From Octopus sinensis (taxonomy: Eukaryota), in assembly GCF_006345805.1 (NCBI RefSeq), contig NC_043006.1:65100001-65164000 (forward strand): a DNA stretch of 64,000 bases. Direction: 5' to 3'. The position numbers and the translations under genes were made by a program. This document shows positions 1-12,511 of the stretch, one piece after another. The notes beneath the pieces were generated by a model that was given only the letters and a program-made list of their open reading frames with translations, was not told the DNA's origin and made no database searches. Positions within the stretch are counted from its first letter, which is position 1. Each line of letters opens with the position of its first letter.

Positions 1-440
<440 letters not shown>

Positions 441-761
441 ATGAATGTGACTAAGGTGATAAGTGTTATGATAAAACCCCAAAACTTGTTAATATAAGAA
501 GGTATTATATTGTATATGTATATACACACTGAGAGAGGAAGAGATAGTGAGTGACTAATTACAAGTTTTATTATTAAAACAGCTCCAAAGCATATCGCTA
601 TATAAAAAAAAGCAATGCACACTCAATACAACTAATTATAATTTTTACTACTAAACTTGCTGCGGTATAACATTATACAAAGAAAAAAGTGAGTATGTGT
701 GTATGCACCACTCTAATTCTAAATTTCATTACAGACAGTTTTTCTTATTTATATAAGAAAG

Positions 762-865
<104 letters not shown>

Positions 866-1372
866 ATGTGAGTGATTATAAGTTTTATTACTAAAACAGC
901 CACAATCTCATGAAATTTGAAAGACATTATGCTGAAAAAGCAGTCAACACTTTCCACTTTGTATGTCTCCTTATTCTGTTTTAATTCAACAACAATCAAA
1001 GCAATTAACCAATGTTATTACCAGGAATATGAGACAAGAAAATCCAAACGCCTAGTTTTAGGCGATACCATAGTGCTTAAAATAGACTATTCTTATCATT
1101 ATGATCAATACTTTTTTTTTTTTTTTGCCCTCCACATTTGAAGGACACTAGCTGAGCTGAAATGATAAGAGGGTTTACAAGACAATAATCAGCAGTTCAA
1201 ATCTTGCTATAGAAACTGTTTTTTGAACTTGTTTCTTGCTAAGTCTCACAGTCCACATTCTGTTGACTCTGGTGTGTGCATGTGTGTGTGTATGTATGTA
1301 TGTGTGCTCACTCCATGTTTGGTAATGTCTTCCTTTTCTACAAAAAAGACCTTACTTGAAAACTTACTTTAA

Positions 1373-1574
1373 CCCTATAGTGTTCACATTATTCTGCCAA
1401 AATTAATGCTTCTTCATCTACATTGTTTTGAATTAATCATTCATTAATCTTGTAGCTATGAGATTTTGATGAGGTAGCTACAAGGGTTGGTCTGAGAGAC
1501 CAGATCTGGCCAGTTTGAACATAAAACAGGCAGAATACTTTTGGCCGGATATGGCCGGTTTAAATGCTAAAGGG
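1373..1574. mobile_element. TTAA-flanked MITE family 1 (piggyBac-type ends)
   Basis: TTAA at 1369-1372 and 1575-1578; ends CCCTATAGTGTT / AATGCTAAAGGG. Same family as 10959-11293 and 23094-23287, in the opposite orientation. Confidence 0.85.
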
Positions 1575-1899
1575 TTAAAAAAAAAACCCACTCTGATACA
1601 CATGATGATTCTTCAACACCCTCCCCGACTTTCTGACAAACTGACAGCCACTGCTTCCATGAACACCTAAAGAGCACTCTTTAATGAAGTCAGATCAACC
1701 ATGTGACTATTTGACAATAGGACAATCGAAAAATTCACTACATTCCTCCACAATAAAATTAAAGACTTTGTACTCTTGTTCATTAATTTGTTTTTGTTTT
1801 GCCCTATTTATGTTAATAGACAGGCTTAACCTGAATTACTGATGGATTATTAATTTATAACAAGAAAACAGTTGTACACTCTTAGCCCACATTTTTTTT

Positions 1900-2260
1900 A
1901 CAGACATTGACCTCCATCAACTAAATACCAACCTCATTGTGTTGAAGGGTCTGCAAAAACGGTACATTAGTTGTTGACAAGGTTAAATAGTCAATAATTG
2001 GGTTTGAGAAAACAGTATCAAATTGGACTCCATGAAGAGGCCACAACAAGGAAGCAAAAGAAAAGAGATGTGCAGCCACATAACAGTGGCTTTGCAAAGA
2101 CCATTCTTCAAGGAACCATAGAGTGGAGGAAGAAGGATAGGCAGACAGAAGAAAGATGGACTCACATTAAGGAATGGATAAGCAATCCTTTGGCAAAATG
2201 TCAAGCTCTGATACATGACTACAACAGATGGAAAAAAAACTGGTGTCCAACATGACAGTG
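1900..2260 (+). mobile_element. RTE-like LINE 3' ORF remnant
   Basis: ORF 1998..2255 contains FAKTILQGTIEWRKKDRQTEERWTHIKEW, matching the RTE C-terminal pattern AKTILQGTVEGxRRRGRQxKRWxDNIKEW. Confidence 0.8.
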
Positions 2261-4299
2261 ACCTTACAACTCCAGCAGAAGTTGAGGGCCAAAGACAAGA
2301 CATGATCAAATGCTTAATACTAAATATTATATGTACAGCATGTATGAGAAAATGTAAGCTAAATTCAGTCATTTCCAGTGGCTGTGTATAAGTCTACGCC
2401 AACAAGAAATACCAATGTAAAATAGTCATAATTTTTTTTCTGTTGCCAATCTGATAAAATCTACTCTTGTAAAATATACAATGGTGAAAAATAGTTGGAT
2501 GTAATAACATTTTAGCTGCCATAGAGATGGAATTTGGCCAAAAGGAATGTTCACACATGTTAGTTGAATGCGCAGAAATTGGTTTCTGAACAAAAGCCAT
2601 TAGCATAAAATCTCTATCTCCCCTATTCCATAAAATTAATGCTGCAAATATCTAGATATTTATGAAAATGTATCATACAAAATATACTCTGATGAAGAAC
2701 TATTACATCAGGTTTAAAAGAAAATATGGTGGTCAAAGCTTTCTTTCAACAAAAAATACAAGGCAAACAATAAAAGTTTGAACTAGCTAAGCGATTTACT
2801 GATGCAATTTTCATATATTCTGAGATAATGGTAAAAGATGAATATATTAAAATATTCACCATGAAGTGAAGGAATGGATACAAACAATAAACAATTATAA
2901 TTACAGAAGATTAGGAAAAGAAAAACAAAAACAACCTAAACATCTCAATTTGCAAGCAAGACTATGGGATTAAAGAAGTTTACTTTCCAACCGCATGGAA
3001 GCTTGTCAAACATGTGTGTGAGTTTGTGTTTGTTCCCCCCAACACCAAAATGATGTTGGTTTGTTTATGTCGCCATAAGCTATTGGTTAAACAAAAGAGA
3101 TTAATAGAATAAGTACTAGATTTAAAAAATAAGTCCTGGCGTCAATTTGTTCAACTAAACCCTTCAGGGCAGTGCCTCAGTATAGCCACAGTACAATGAC
3201 TGATACAAGTCAAAGAGAAAATATATGAAATCCCAGAATTAAATAAGGGACAATAAAAACAGAAGAGAACAACAGCGAAACCCTACCATCTGCAAATACC
3301 AACTGAAAAATACACCCATTCTCATTCTTCAGGATGGTTAACTAAGGAAAACTATATGTAGAGAAAGATCCAATAAATTTCTAAGCCAAAGACAAAGGCA
3401 TTACCAGAAATGTTCTAACAATATCATGCACAGTTTTCCACCCAGAAGAACTGGCTGTAACTGCAATATCCTTTTTATTACTTAATTAGAGAAGGGCAGC
3501 ACCCACGAGTAACTAAGTGATTTTGGATTCAGTCCCATTGCATGGCGCCTTGAACAAGTTTCTTCTACTATAGCTGACCAATGCCTTGTGAGTGAATTAT
3601 GTTAGATGGAAACTGTGTAGAAGCCTGTCAAATATATGTGAGTACATATTTATATTTGCTCCCCACACTGCCTGACAACCCGTGTTGGTTTGCTTACATC
3701 CCCATAACTAGGCTATGAAACTTGGGCATTCTGCACAACATGTCTTGGGCTGGATGGACAGCTCGACCTACAGGCTACTGCACAATGGTCAAAGCGGCAC
3801 TGATTACTGTCATGTCGGACCACCACACCCAGCCACTGCCTGATAGTCTTAGCAATGGTGATTGTCGGACTTGATGATGAAAACGCTTGGCCATGAACAC
3901 ACCGGAACTCTCCAACTTTCCAACACAAGGCCACTGCCCAATGGCTTGAGCAGTGGCCCCCATTCGATACCTCAAACGCAAGCATTCTCTTTTGTACTAA
4001 GTTATGGGCTTGGTTTGTTCAACTGAACCCTTCTCAACCTTTTGAAGTGGTGCTCCAACATGGCTGCAGTCCAATGAAAGAAACAAGTAAAAAATAAAAA
4101 GATTTTTTAAAAATATGAAAATTGTCAATTTGATGGAACCACAATATTCATATGTTTGAAGAGAGAAACATGTTTGATAAACAAAGACAAAACTTCATGA
4201 ATCCACATAATACACAAAGCTACTATATTTATCTACAAACAAGTTCACAAACATATTTGTTATAGTAATTTTTTTAATATAACACAATACAGCTAATGG

Positions 4300-4620
4300 G
4301 AATACAAGGAAATGTATAAATTGGTTGCCAAGAAATAAAAACAGAAGCACATTAATGGAATATTTCAGTGTACTTTATCTAAATTCATTAAGCAATCAAC
4401 CATTTATGTCCTTGCCATTGATCTAAGTTCTAAACTGCAATGGAGAAAAGCACTGCAACTAGAAAGAGAGCATCTGAAAATCAGGGGTTATCTGATCAAA
4501 AACTGGACTAAGAAGCACCAGAGAAAAATTTTTGCTGAGCATGTTGAAAAAGTGTTTAGCAAATCATTGCCACTGCTATATTTCCTTTCACCCCAATTTG
4601 ATAAAAATGAGGATGCAAAC
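4300..4620 (+). mobile_element. Jockey/I-like LINE remnant
   Basis: Translation NWTKKHQRKIFAEHVEKVFSK resembles the WxRxxxEKAxxFAxHLxxVF motif upstream of Jockey-group RTs; heavily decayed. Confidence 0.5.
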
Positions 4621-4724
4621 TGAATTTCTTAACCACGCAGCTATGTATATACACACACAGATTAACACTCATATATGCATATACAAACATGTACACAAGT
4701 CTATACAGGCAACTTGTATTTGTC

Positions 4725-4940
4725 TTCTTTACCTGTTAGTAGTGTAGCTGAAGCACCCCCTCCATCTCATGTGTTCAATACAAGTGACATCTACTCCAAT
4801 TATAATATCCATATAATTTCATCAGACCTACCTTTCATTGTACCAACAGTTCTGGGTTTCTGTTAGTGAGTGTTTGATGCTTGAGGTCTGTGCAGAATTC
4901 AATCATTATACATCACTCCTTTCTATAACAGCATCCAGCT
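4725..4940 (-). mobile_element. L2/CR1-group LINE remnant
   Basis: Minus strand reads ...DGGGASATLLT, resembling the EYCSHIWxGAxxxxL motif after the RT of L2/CR1-group LINEs. Confidence 0.4.
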
Positions 4941-5370
4941 TGTAGAAACCATACCAGAGTAGACTCTGGAGCTCAATGCAGTCCTTCAACCCATCCAATC
5001 CTGCCAAACCATCCAACCTATGCCAGTATGGAACATGGACATTAAATGATGATGAGGAGGAGGAAGATGGGGAATGATATTGCTAACAATGACCCAGTCG
5101 CAGACTTGATTTCCATACAATCTGAGAGAAGAAGTATATTAGCTGGGATTGAGTGATTTTGCAAAATTCATCTCCAAGGGTGCATCCTCATTACCATCAC
5201 TTACTGTCCACTTATCCATGTGCCACATAGAATTTGTTGAGGCAGATTTTCTTATGGCCAGATGTCCTTCCTCTCACCAAACCTACTTCACCTACTTCCA
5301 AGCAAGGTAACATTTCTCTCTGGCCAGAAATATTTCCCATGGAAGACTGGAAACAAACAACATCGCTTTG

Positions 5371-5412
<42 letters not shown>

Positions 5413-6180
5413 CACATATATATAGAGAGAGGGGACAGAGAAAGACACATGAAAGATCAGTTCGTGTGGAAAACAACAGTTGTAAGAATATCGATCCTGA
5501 GAGAAAGTTATAATCTCACTCCACTTAGCTCCAGGTTTTGTACACCTGTACAAACCTGGACTATCTGTGGGGGACCATCGTGACTGGCTTAATTCTCTTA
5601 TATAACTAAAATAATATCAGGTGTGTATTTGAATATGACTTTGAAAAATACTTTGATCAGCCATGCTCTCTCTCTCATATAGGGTTTAGTATAGAGAAAG
5701 AGAGCAGGCATAGCAGCTTGTTAGGAAGTTTGCTTCCCAACCACATGGGTTTTGGGTTCAATACCAATGTGTAGAACCACTTGTGCAAGTATCTTTGACT
5801 ACAGCCCCAGGCTGACCAAAGCATTGTGAATGGAAATGACAGGCCGAAAGTGAGAGAAGCTTGTCGTGTGTGTGTGTGTTACTTTCTCCTGACCTTGACA
5901 TTGCATGGTAGTTGTAAATAAGTGCCAGCATTATGAAAGTGGTTTCCTTCGTTACCAATCTTGCATGAATGCCTGTTTAGTCATGGGAAAATATAACCTT
6001 ACTTACAAACAGATGAGGACTGCCAACAGGGAGCGTATCTGAATAGAAAATCTACCCCACCAAATTCTGTCTGACTCATGCGTGCATGGAAAAATGGACT
6101 TTAAATGATGATGATGAAAGAAACTATGCACAAGGTCATCACAGACCTTCTTATAGCAGTAATATCTTCATGGTTGATGT

Positions 6181-6394
6181 GCCAAGGCAGCAAGCTGGCA
6201 GAAACGTTAGCATGCCAAGCGAAATGCTTAGTGGTATTCCGTTTGTCTTTATGTTTGAGTTCAAACTCCACCGATATCTACTTTGCCTTTCATCTTTTTG
6301 GGGTTGATAAATTAAGTAGCAGTTGTATACTAGGGTTGATGTAATCGACTGCCCCCTCCCCAAAAATTTGGGCCTTGTGCCTAGAGTAAAAAAG
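6181..6394 (+). mobile_element. tRNA-derived SINE family C (Meta-domain-like core) with perfect 17-bp TSD
   Basis: Head GGCAGCAAGCTGGCAGAAACGTTAG, B-box-like GAGTTCAAACTCC, core TTTGCCTTTCATC...GATAAATTAAGTA. ATCTTCATGGTTGATGT flanks it at 6164-6180 and 6395-6411. Confidence 0.9.
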
Positions 6395-6479
6395 ATCTTC
6401 ATGGTTGATGTTACTCCAGAACAGCTGCTAGTTGTGAAAATTTTAGAAGGGTGATATTCTAGGGAGGAAAAAAAAATGG

Positions 6480-6670
6480 ACAGAGTAGAAGGGTTAGAGC
6501 ACGGCCGGAAGTTGAACACAACATGCAGAGGGGTATGTGGATTCTAGTAGAAAAGGCAGAGTGAGATGAGAGCATTTCTGTCAGGCAGAGGTTGCAGTGT
6601 GTCAGCAGGCAACTATGCTAATCAGTCGGATGGTCTTCTTTGGATGCACTCAAAGATGTTTGTATATATA
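6480..6670 (-). mobile_element. L2/CR1-group LINE 3' remnant
   Basis: Minus translation IFECIQRRPSD...TLQPLPDRNALISLCLFY resembles LxxIQxRAIRL...LQPLxHRRNVxxLxLFY. Confidence 0.55.
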
Positions 6671-7114
6671 TATAGCAGCTGCTGTCTTAGCTACGAGAGT
6701 AATAACTGTTTCCATTTCTAGTGGCTTTCACAATGACAATCAATATATCATTGAGCTAAACAGGTCATCTCTAACATCCTACTTCTGTTAATCATTGCTG
6801 TAATGTTGTCATCAAGATAATTAAATTCAGATAAGAAAAATATACACACACACAAACACACCTAGGGGCTGAGCAAAGCCTTGTGAGTGAATTTGATGGA
6901 CAAAAGCAGAAAGAAGCTTGTCAAATATGCACGTGAACCTACTGTGAGACAGTAGGTTCAATTCCTGGACTGGGTGAAAAGTTGTGTCCTTGAACAAGGT
7001 ACTTCATTCCCCATTACTTCACTCTACACAGCTTAAAATGACTACTGGTGCAGTCCCCACCCTCTTCCCTCTCCTCTCTGCCATCACTCACTCACTCTCT
7101 CTCTCTCTCTGTTC

Positions 7115-7131
7115 TGCTGAGTCATGATTGG
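7115..7131. promoter_or_regulatory. Adjacent NF-E2/Nrf2-Maf (ARE/AP-1) site and inverted CCAAT box
   Basis: TGCTGAGTCAT (reverse complement ATGACTCAGCA) at 7115-7125, then ATTGG at 7127-7131, in non-repeat DNA. Motif match only. Confidence 0.3.
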
Positions 7132-7811
7132 GAGAGTCAAGTGGGTGTATACAGCTGTTCACAACTACAAACACCTGAAACAGTTAATGAAAGCCTGCTA
7201 CAAGCTCTACAAGCTCTACAAGCTACCAGGTCACCCTTACTTGCAAGTGACAGCTGATTTTTAGAACAGCTTAGCACCATAAATCAAATCGCACAAATTA
7301 ACCCTCACATTAACCTGTTTAATTACATTTTTAAGTGAATGAAACTTCATATAAAAAATATGACTTGAAAATTTTGTCTCGCTCAGTCCAGCTGGAAGGA
7401 GCAATAATTTTGGCAACTGTGTGGAATCCTATCGTGCAAGTGAGTATGTCTTAGTGTTTGTCCCCAATCACTACTTCATAACCAGTGTCGGTTTGTTTAC
7501 GTCCATGTAACCTAACAGTTCAGCAAAAGAACCAACAGAGTAAGTACCTTTAAGAAATAAGTACTGGGGTTGATTTGTTTAACCAAACCCTTCAAGGCAG
7601 GACACAATGAGGGAAACAAGTAAAAATATAAGACAGGATAATACCATTCCCACTCGATTTCACAGATTAAGGTGTATATCAAGACAAAACTTCAGTATGA
7701 CAGTAGAAAGTGATTTGAAAGATATGGCTGCTGTTTCTGGCAAATCAAGTAACCACATACAGGTTCCATTACTGGTATGAAAATGTGCATATATACCATA
7801 TATATATTTAT

Positions 7812-8036
7812 TTTTTTATTGCCCACAGAGGAGCTAAACATAAAGGGGACAAACAAGGACAAAGAAACTAAGTTGATTACATTGATCCCAGTTCATAACT
7901 GGTACTTATTTAATTGACCCCGAAAGGATGAAAGGCAAAGTTGACCTCAGCAGAATTTGAACTCAGAACGCAGTGACGGACGAAATACCACTACACAGTT
8001 TGCCCAGTGTGCTAACGATTCTGCCAGCTCACCGCC
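7812..8036 (-). mobile_element. tRNA-derived SINE family C
   Basis: Reverse-complement match to 6181-6394, head at the 8036 end. Confidence 0.85.
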
Positions 8037-9274
8037 CTACAATATACATATTGGATAGAAAAAGTTGTAGGCTGCCCATGGGATTTGAACCTACATCTCT
8101 TGTGGACATTATATGTATATGTTGATGTTGTTTTATAGCTCTAGTCACTTCCTACAGATGACTTGAGCTCAGAACCAAATCTAATCAATTACAGTGCTGC
8201 ACTTGGTTACAGCCATGAAATATACCAACAGCAGTATATACATAGACGGTTGCAAACCAATACAGGAATCTCTTCGTTACCATTCCAGTTATCAGAAATC
8301 ACAGCCAAATATTCCCTTCAGTCAATACACATTACTATCTTAAGGAACAATGCACAGCCTAATGTGAAGTGTTGTTCCTACATCGCAGCTTGGATGGCCA
8401 TGACTGGAACACCTCTAATCATTGTTTTATTGGACCAGAGCCCCTTCAACTGCAAAATCAAGATAACCACAGTCTAAGTAATGAGCCCTACAAGGTAGGG
8501 TGGCTGCAGCAGCAAGTGTCGCTGGCCATTTGCCACAGCAATGCCACTGCGGTTTTGTCCACTGGGCATGACCAAACATGTAATTTATTCTGAGGCATAC
8601 TCCGCCCTCTTTTTTTATTTATTTCTCTTTGCTTCCTTATAATTAAATTGAGATTCAAGCTTTATGTAAATAAAGTCTGAAGTGATATCTATTGTATAAA
8701 TGTTAGTTTTCTTCCTGATAATGTATTAGTTGGAAAGACAGAAAGGTGAAGTAGTAGTTTGGTTACATCAGTAACACACATGACTGGGTCACTTGCAAAT
8801 ACAATTACCGCAATTATTTGTGTATAAATCACACTATTTTATACTCGATTTTGACAGGAAAGAAATGGAGTGTGACTTATACATGGAGTAAAGCTAAAAT
8901 CAAGTAAGAATATGAAAGGAAAAAAATTTTGTACCAAGATTTAACACTAAATTGAGGGTGCAACTAAAACAGTATGTTTGAAGTTGGAGAAAATAGAACA
9001 GAAAAGGAGAGCGAGCAAAGAGGGACTGACTCAGTGAGTTGTGGATTGGGATAATACCCAAGACTGGTGATGGATAGGAAAGATTGGTAAAACAAATAAC
9101 AGTCCAAGTGCCCCAACAACAAAAAATGCTATGGAACAAAATGAAATGATTTGACAAATGTTTCTGGAGTCATCAAATTTCTACATTAGAGTAATATGGA
9201 CAACTATGTTAACAAGGTCTCGCAACAACCCGCTGCCACCACCACCACCACCATCATCATCATTATCATTATCA

Positions 9275-9485
9275 TTTTAATGTCCATTTTTCTATGCTAT
9301 CATGGACTGGATGGAATTTGTTGAGACAGATTTTCTATGCCTGAATAATCTTCCTGTCACCAACCCTCGCCTGTTTCCAAGGAAGGTAATATTTCCTCAT
9401 GACCAAGAATGTTTTCATGGAAGATAAGAAATGAAGGCCGTGGCTGCTTGCATGATGGTGACACTCATCATCAAGACAAGGAGAC
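9275..9485 (-). mobile_element. Short retroposon family E with (ATG)n RTE-type tail
   Basis: Recurs at about 5200-5370, 15610-15840, 17015-17200, 38640-38870, 45650-45870, 46495-46600 and 59870-59965. Confidence 0.8.
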
Positions 9486-10409
9486 AGTAATGTGTGCGCA
9501 TGCACACACAGTGGGATTCTTTCAGTTTCTGCCAACCAAATCCACTCACAAGACTTTGGTTGGCCTGGAGTTATAATAGAAAACACTTGCATGAGATGCT
9601 ATGCAGTGGAACTGAACCTGGAACCATATGGTTAGAAAGCAAATTTCTTACCACAGAACCATGCCTGCCCCTATGCACAGAAAATAAGGGAGTGAAATCA
9701 GTAAGGGAGCAAACTAATGATTTAATTAGAGAAGGAAGAACAATATGCTTGCCTTTTGTAGGGTCTTCAAGAATAGTGGTGACAAGAGCAGGGGACCACT
9801 GCCACAACCCATGGGTTGTTGCAGCAGAGACGTGTGAATCAAGATATCAATATATCCTCAGACTGGAGACTCGGTCTGATTTCCAGCAAAGGCAGCTATT
9901 CTGTTTTAGATATCCAACAGGATAAAGCACTAGCCTACCTATCGCAAAGGTCTTGAGTTCAAATCAGTAACAAGCATTTGATTGTATTTCTGGATAGAAA
10001 ACTGCAGTTCTCCTAATTATCATCAATAGGTATTGAATCAGCTATGAATGTTACCTTGATAGACAGGTGTTATATACACCTAAGAGTTACCACCAATCTG
10101 CTTCTGCTATACAACCAAAGCTAAACAAATCCTCAAGATAATCATGAGGACATAACTTTACATTAAAATGAGTGATAAAAATGTTATTGTTGTCATTGAG
10201 TCACAGATCAGCACAGACCTATGATTGAAACATTCCAGCCATGAATATCTCTCCTTTTTTTTCTTTCTTTTTTTCATACAGTATCTAAGACAACAATATT
10301 CAACGTGAACTTCCAATAAGATGATTCAAAGGAGAGTTTGATGCTATTACAAGTAGTTCAAATGGCCTTGTAGAGATCTCATTTATTCAGCCATTATCAT
10401 AATCCATAA

Positions 10410-10790
10410 GCACAAGTGTAGCTGCATGCTAAGAAGTTTCCTTCCCAATCACATGGTTCAGGGTTCAATCCAGCTGCATGGCATCTTGGGCATGGGTCTT
10501 CTAACTATAGCCTTGGCCTGACCAAAGCCATGTGAGAGGATTTGGTAGAGGGAAACTGAAAGAATCCCATCATGTGTGTGTGTGTGTGTGTGTTCATTTG
10601 TCCCACCACCACTCGACAACTGGTGTTATTTTGTTTACATCCTTCTAACTTAGAGGTTTGGCAAAAGAGACAGACAGAATAAGTATCAGGTTTTTAAAAA
10701 AAAAGTACTGAAGCCAATCCATTCAACTAAATATTCTTCAAGGCAGTGCCCCAGCATGGCTGCAGTCTAATGACTGAAACCAGTAAAAGT
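10410..10790 (+). mobile_element. tRNA-derived SINE family A (the most abundant family here)
   Basis: Head-core-(TG)n-tail structure repeated more than 20 times in the window. Confidence 0.9.
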
Positions 10791-10958
10791 AAACAAAGGG
10801 AAAACAATGCATTCTAAATCATATCATTTAGAGAAAATAATCCTAATCAACTGTGCTCTCTATGTTTAACTACTTGCAAATTGCACCAAATAACTTTTTG
10901 GTGTCATCAGCTTGCTTTGGGTAGCTACAATAGAGCTTTATGTGATTATGCGAGTTAA

Positions 10959-11293
10959 CCCTTTAGCATTTAAACTGATGCTATGCAGTCAAGATATTCT
11001 GTTTTACATTCAAACCAACAAGATCTGGATTCCCACACCTACCCTACAATGTCATCATCATCGTTTAGCGTCCGCTTTCCATGCTAGCATGGGTTGGACG
11101 GTTCAACTGAGGTCTGGGAAGCCAGAAGGCTGCACCAGGCCCAGTCTGATCTGGCAATGTTTCTACAGCTGGATGCCCTTCATTCTAAAAATAATCAATC
11201 ACATTGTCAAAATATCAAAGCTATGGAAATAATGCAGGATTAATTCAAAACAACATGAATTATATTTGATAGAGTAATCTGAATGCTAAGGAG
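10959..11293. mobile_element. TTAA MITE family 1 interrupted by an RTE-tail insertion (11056-11179)
   Basis: TTAA at 10955-10958 and 11294-11297. Comparison with uninterrupted copy 23094-23287 shows a 124-bp insert flanked by TCAT (11052-11055, 11180-11183). Confidence 0.85.
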
Positions 11294-11297
11294 TTAA

Positions 11298-11518
11298 CCC
11301 TTTTGTTATCATATTTCTGTTGAGATGATCTGTGCTTCTTTCAATTATTTTAAATATAACAAAGAATTTAGTAAAATAACTTAGTTATCATTAAGCTAGT
11401 GTTAGGAACATAAATTGTGACTAAGGTTTGGTGGAAGATTTTAATTCAGAACTTATGAAAGCAAGACATTTGTACTACAAAGCCAGAGGTGGTTTCAGCT
11501 GGGTTAGTATCAAAAGGG
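11298..11518. mobile_element. TTAA MITE family 2
   Basis: Ends CCCTTTTGTTATC / GTATCAAAAGGG, with TTAA on both sides; same family as 30429-30650. Confidence 0.88.
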
Positions 11519-12297
11519 TTAATGCAGTGGATTTGATTATTTAATTTAACTTTATATGATTTGACAATATGTATGTGGATGCACACACAAATAACAAGAT
11601 TTATCTTTCATCTTTTACTTATTTCAGTCAATGGACTGTGGCCATATTGGAGCACTTAAAGGGTTTAGTCAAACAATTTGATCTTGGTATTTATTTTTCA
11701 AGCCTGGTACTTATTCTATTGGTCTATTTTACTGAAGCACTAACTTGCAGACACATAAACAAACACCAATTGTCAAGCACTTGGTGGGAGGGGAGGGGAG
11801 ACAGACGGTCAGAGAGACACACACACACACACACTAAGACACACACATATGCAAGTAGCTTCCACAGTCTCCATCAAACCAAATTCACTCACAAGGCATT
11901 AGTCAATCCAGAACAATAGTAGGAGACACTTGCCTAAAGAGCCCTGCTGTGGGATTGAACCCAAAACCATATTGTTGGAAAGTGAGCTTCTTACATAGAA
12001 AAACATGAAAATGCTGTATTACTTATCCATAGAATACAGATCACAGGAAGTTTCTTAAATATATTAATTTGTAAATATTTTATCTCTAGGAAAGCCAAGT
12101 CAAACAAGCAAGACCTAGGAATAGACCCAAGAACAAGATGGTTGGATAATATCCCCAGTCAGACACACTTGGGAATCCATTTGGAAAATCTAATGATGGA
12201 AGAGGAGGAGGGAGAGAGAGAGAGAGACAAAGGGAGGGGGCAGAGAGCAGTAGGGTCAACAATCATGTCTTAAAACTATGTCAGTAACAGCATAGAC

Positions 12298-12511
12298 CAG
12301 TTGTTCGCGACTGGGGTCCTTATAAGATTTTGTTGTTAAAATATATTTATAATAAATTGGTTATACTTTTACAATACACAAAATATTTAACACTTATTTT
12401 TATAAAAAAAAATACAGTAAGATTTTTTTTAGTATTTATTGAAAGGTTATGGAGGGCCAGTAAAATAAGACTCAAAGGGGCCCAAAGGCAAAAAATGGTT
12501 AAGAACCACTG
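12298..12511. mobile_element. hAT-type MITE (CAGTGGTTCTCAAC TIR family)
   Basis: Ends CAGTTGTTCGCGAC / GTTAAGAACCACTG; degenerate 8-bp TSD GCATAGAC vs GCACAAAA; same family as 58528-58756. Confidence 0.75.

Noticed and set aside
9494-9925. 143-aa ORF
   Set aside because: The first half is an antisense SINE A head; the remainder has no recognisable homology or clear donor site.
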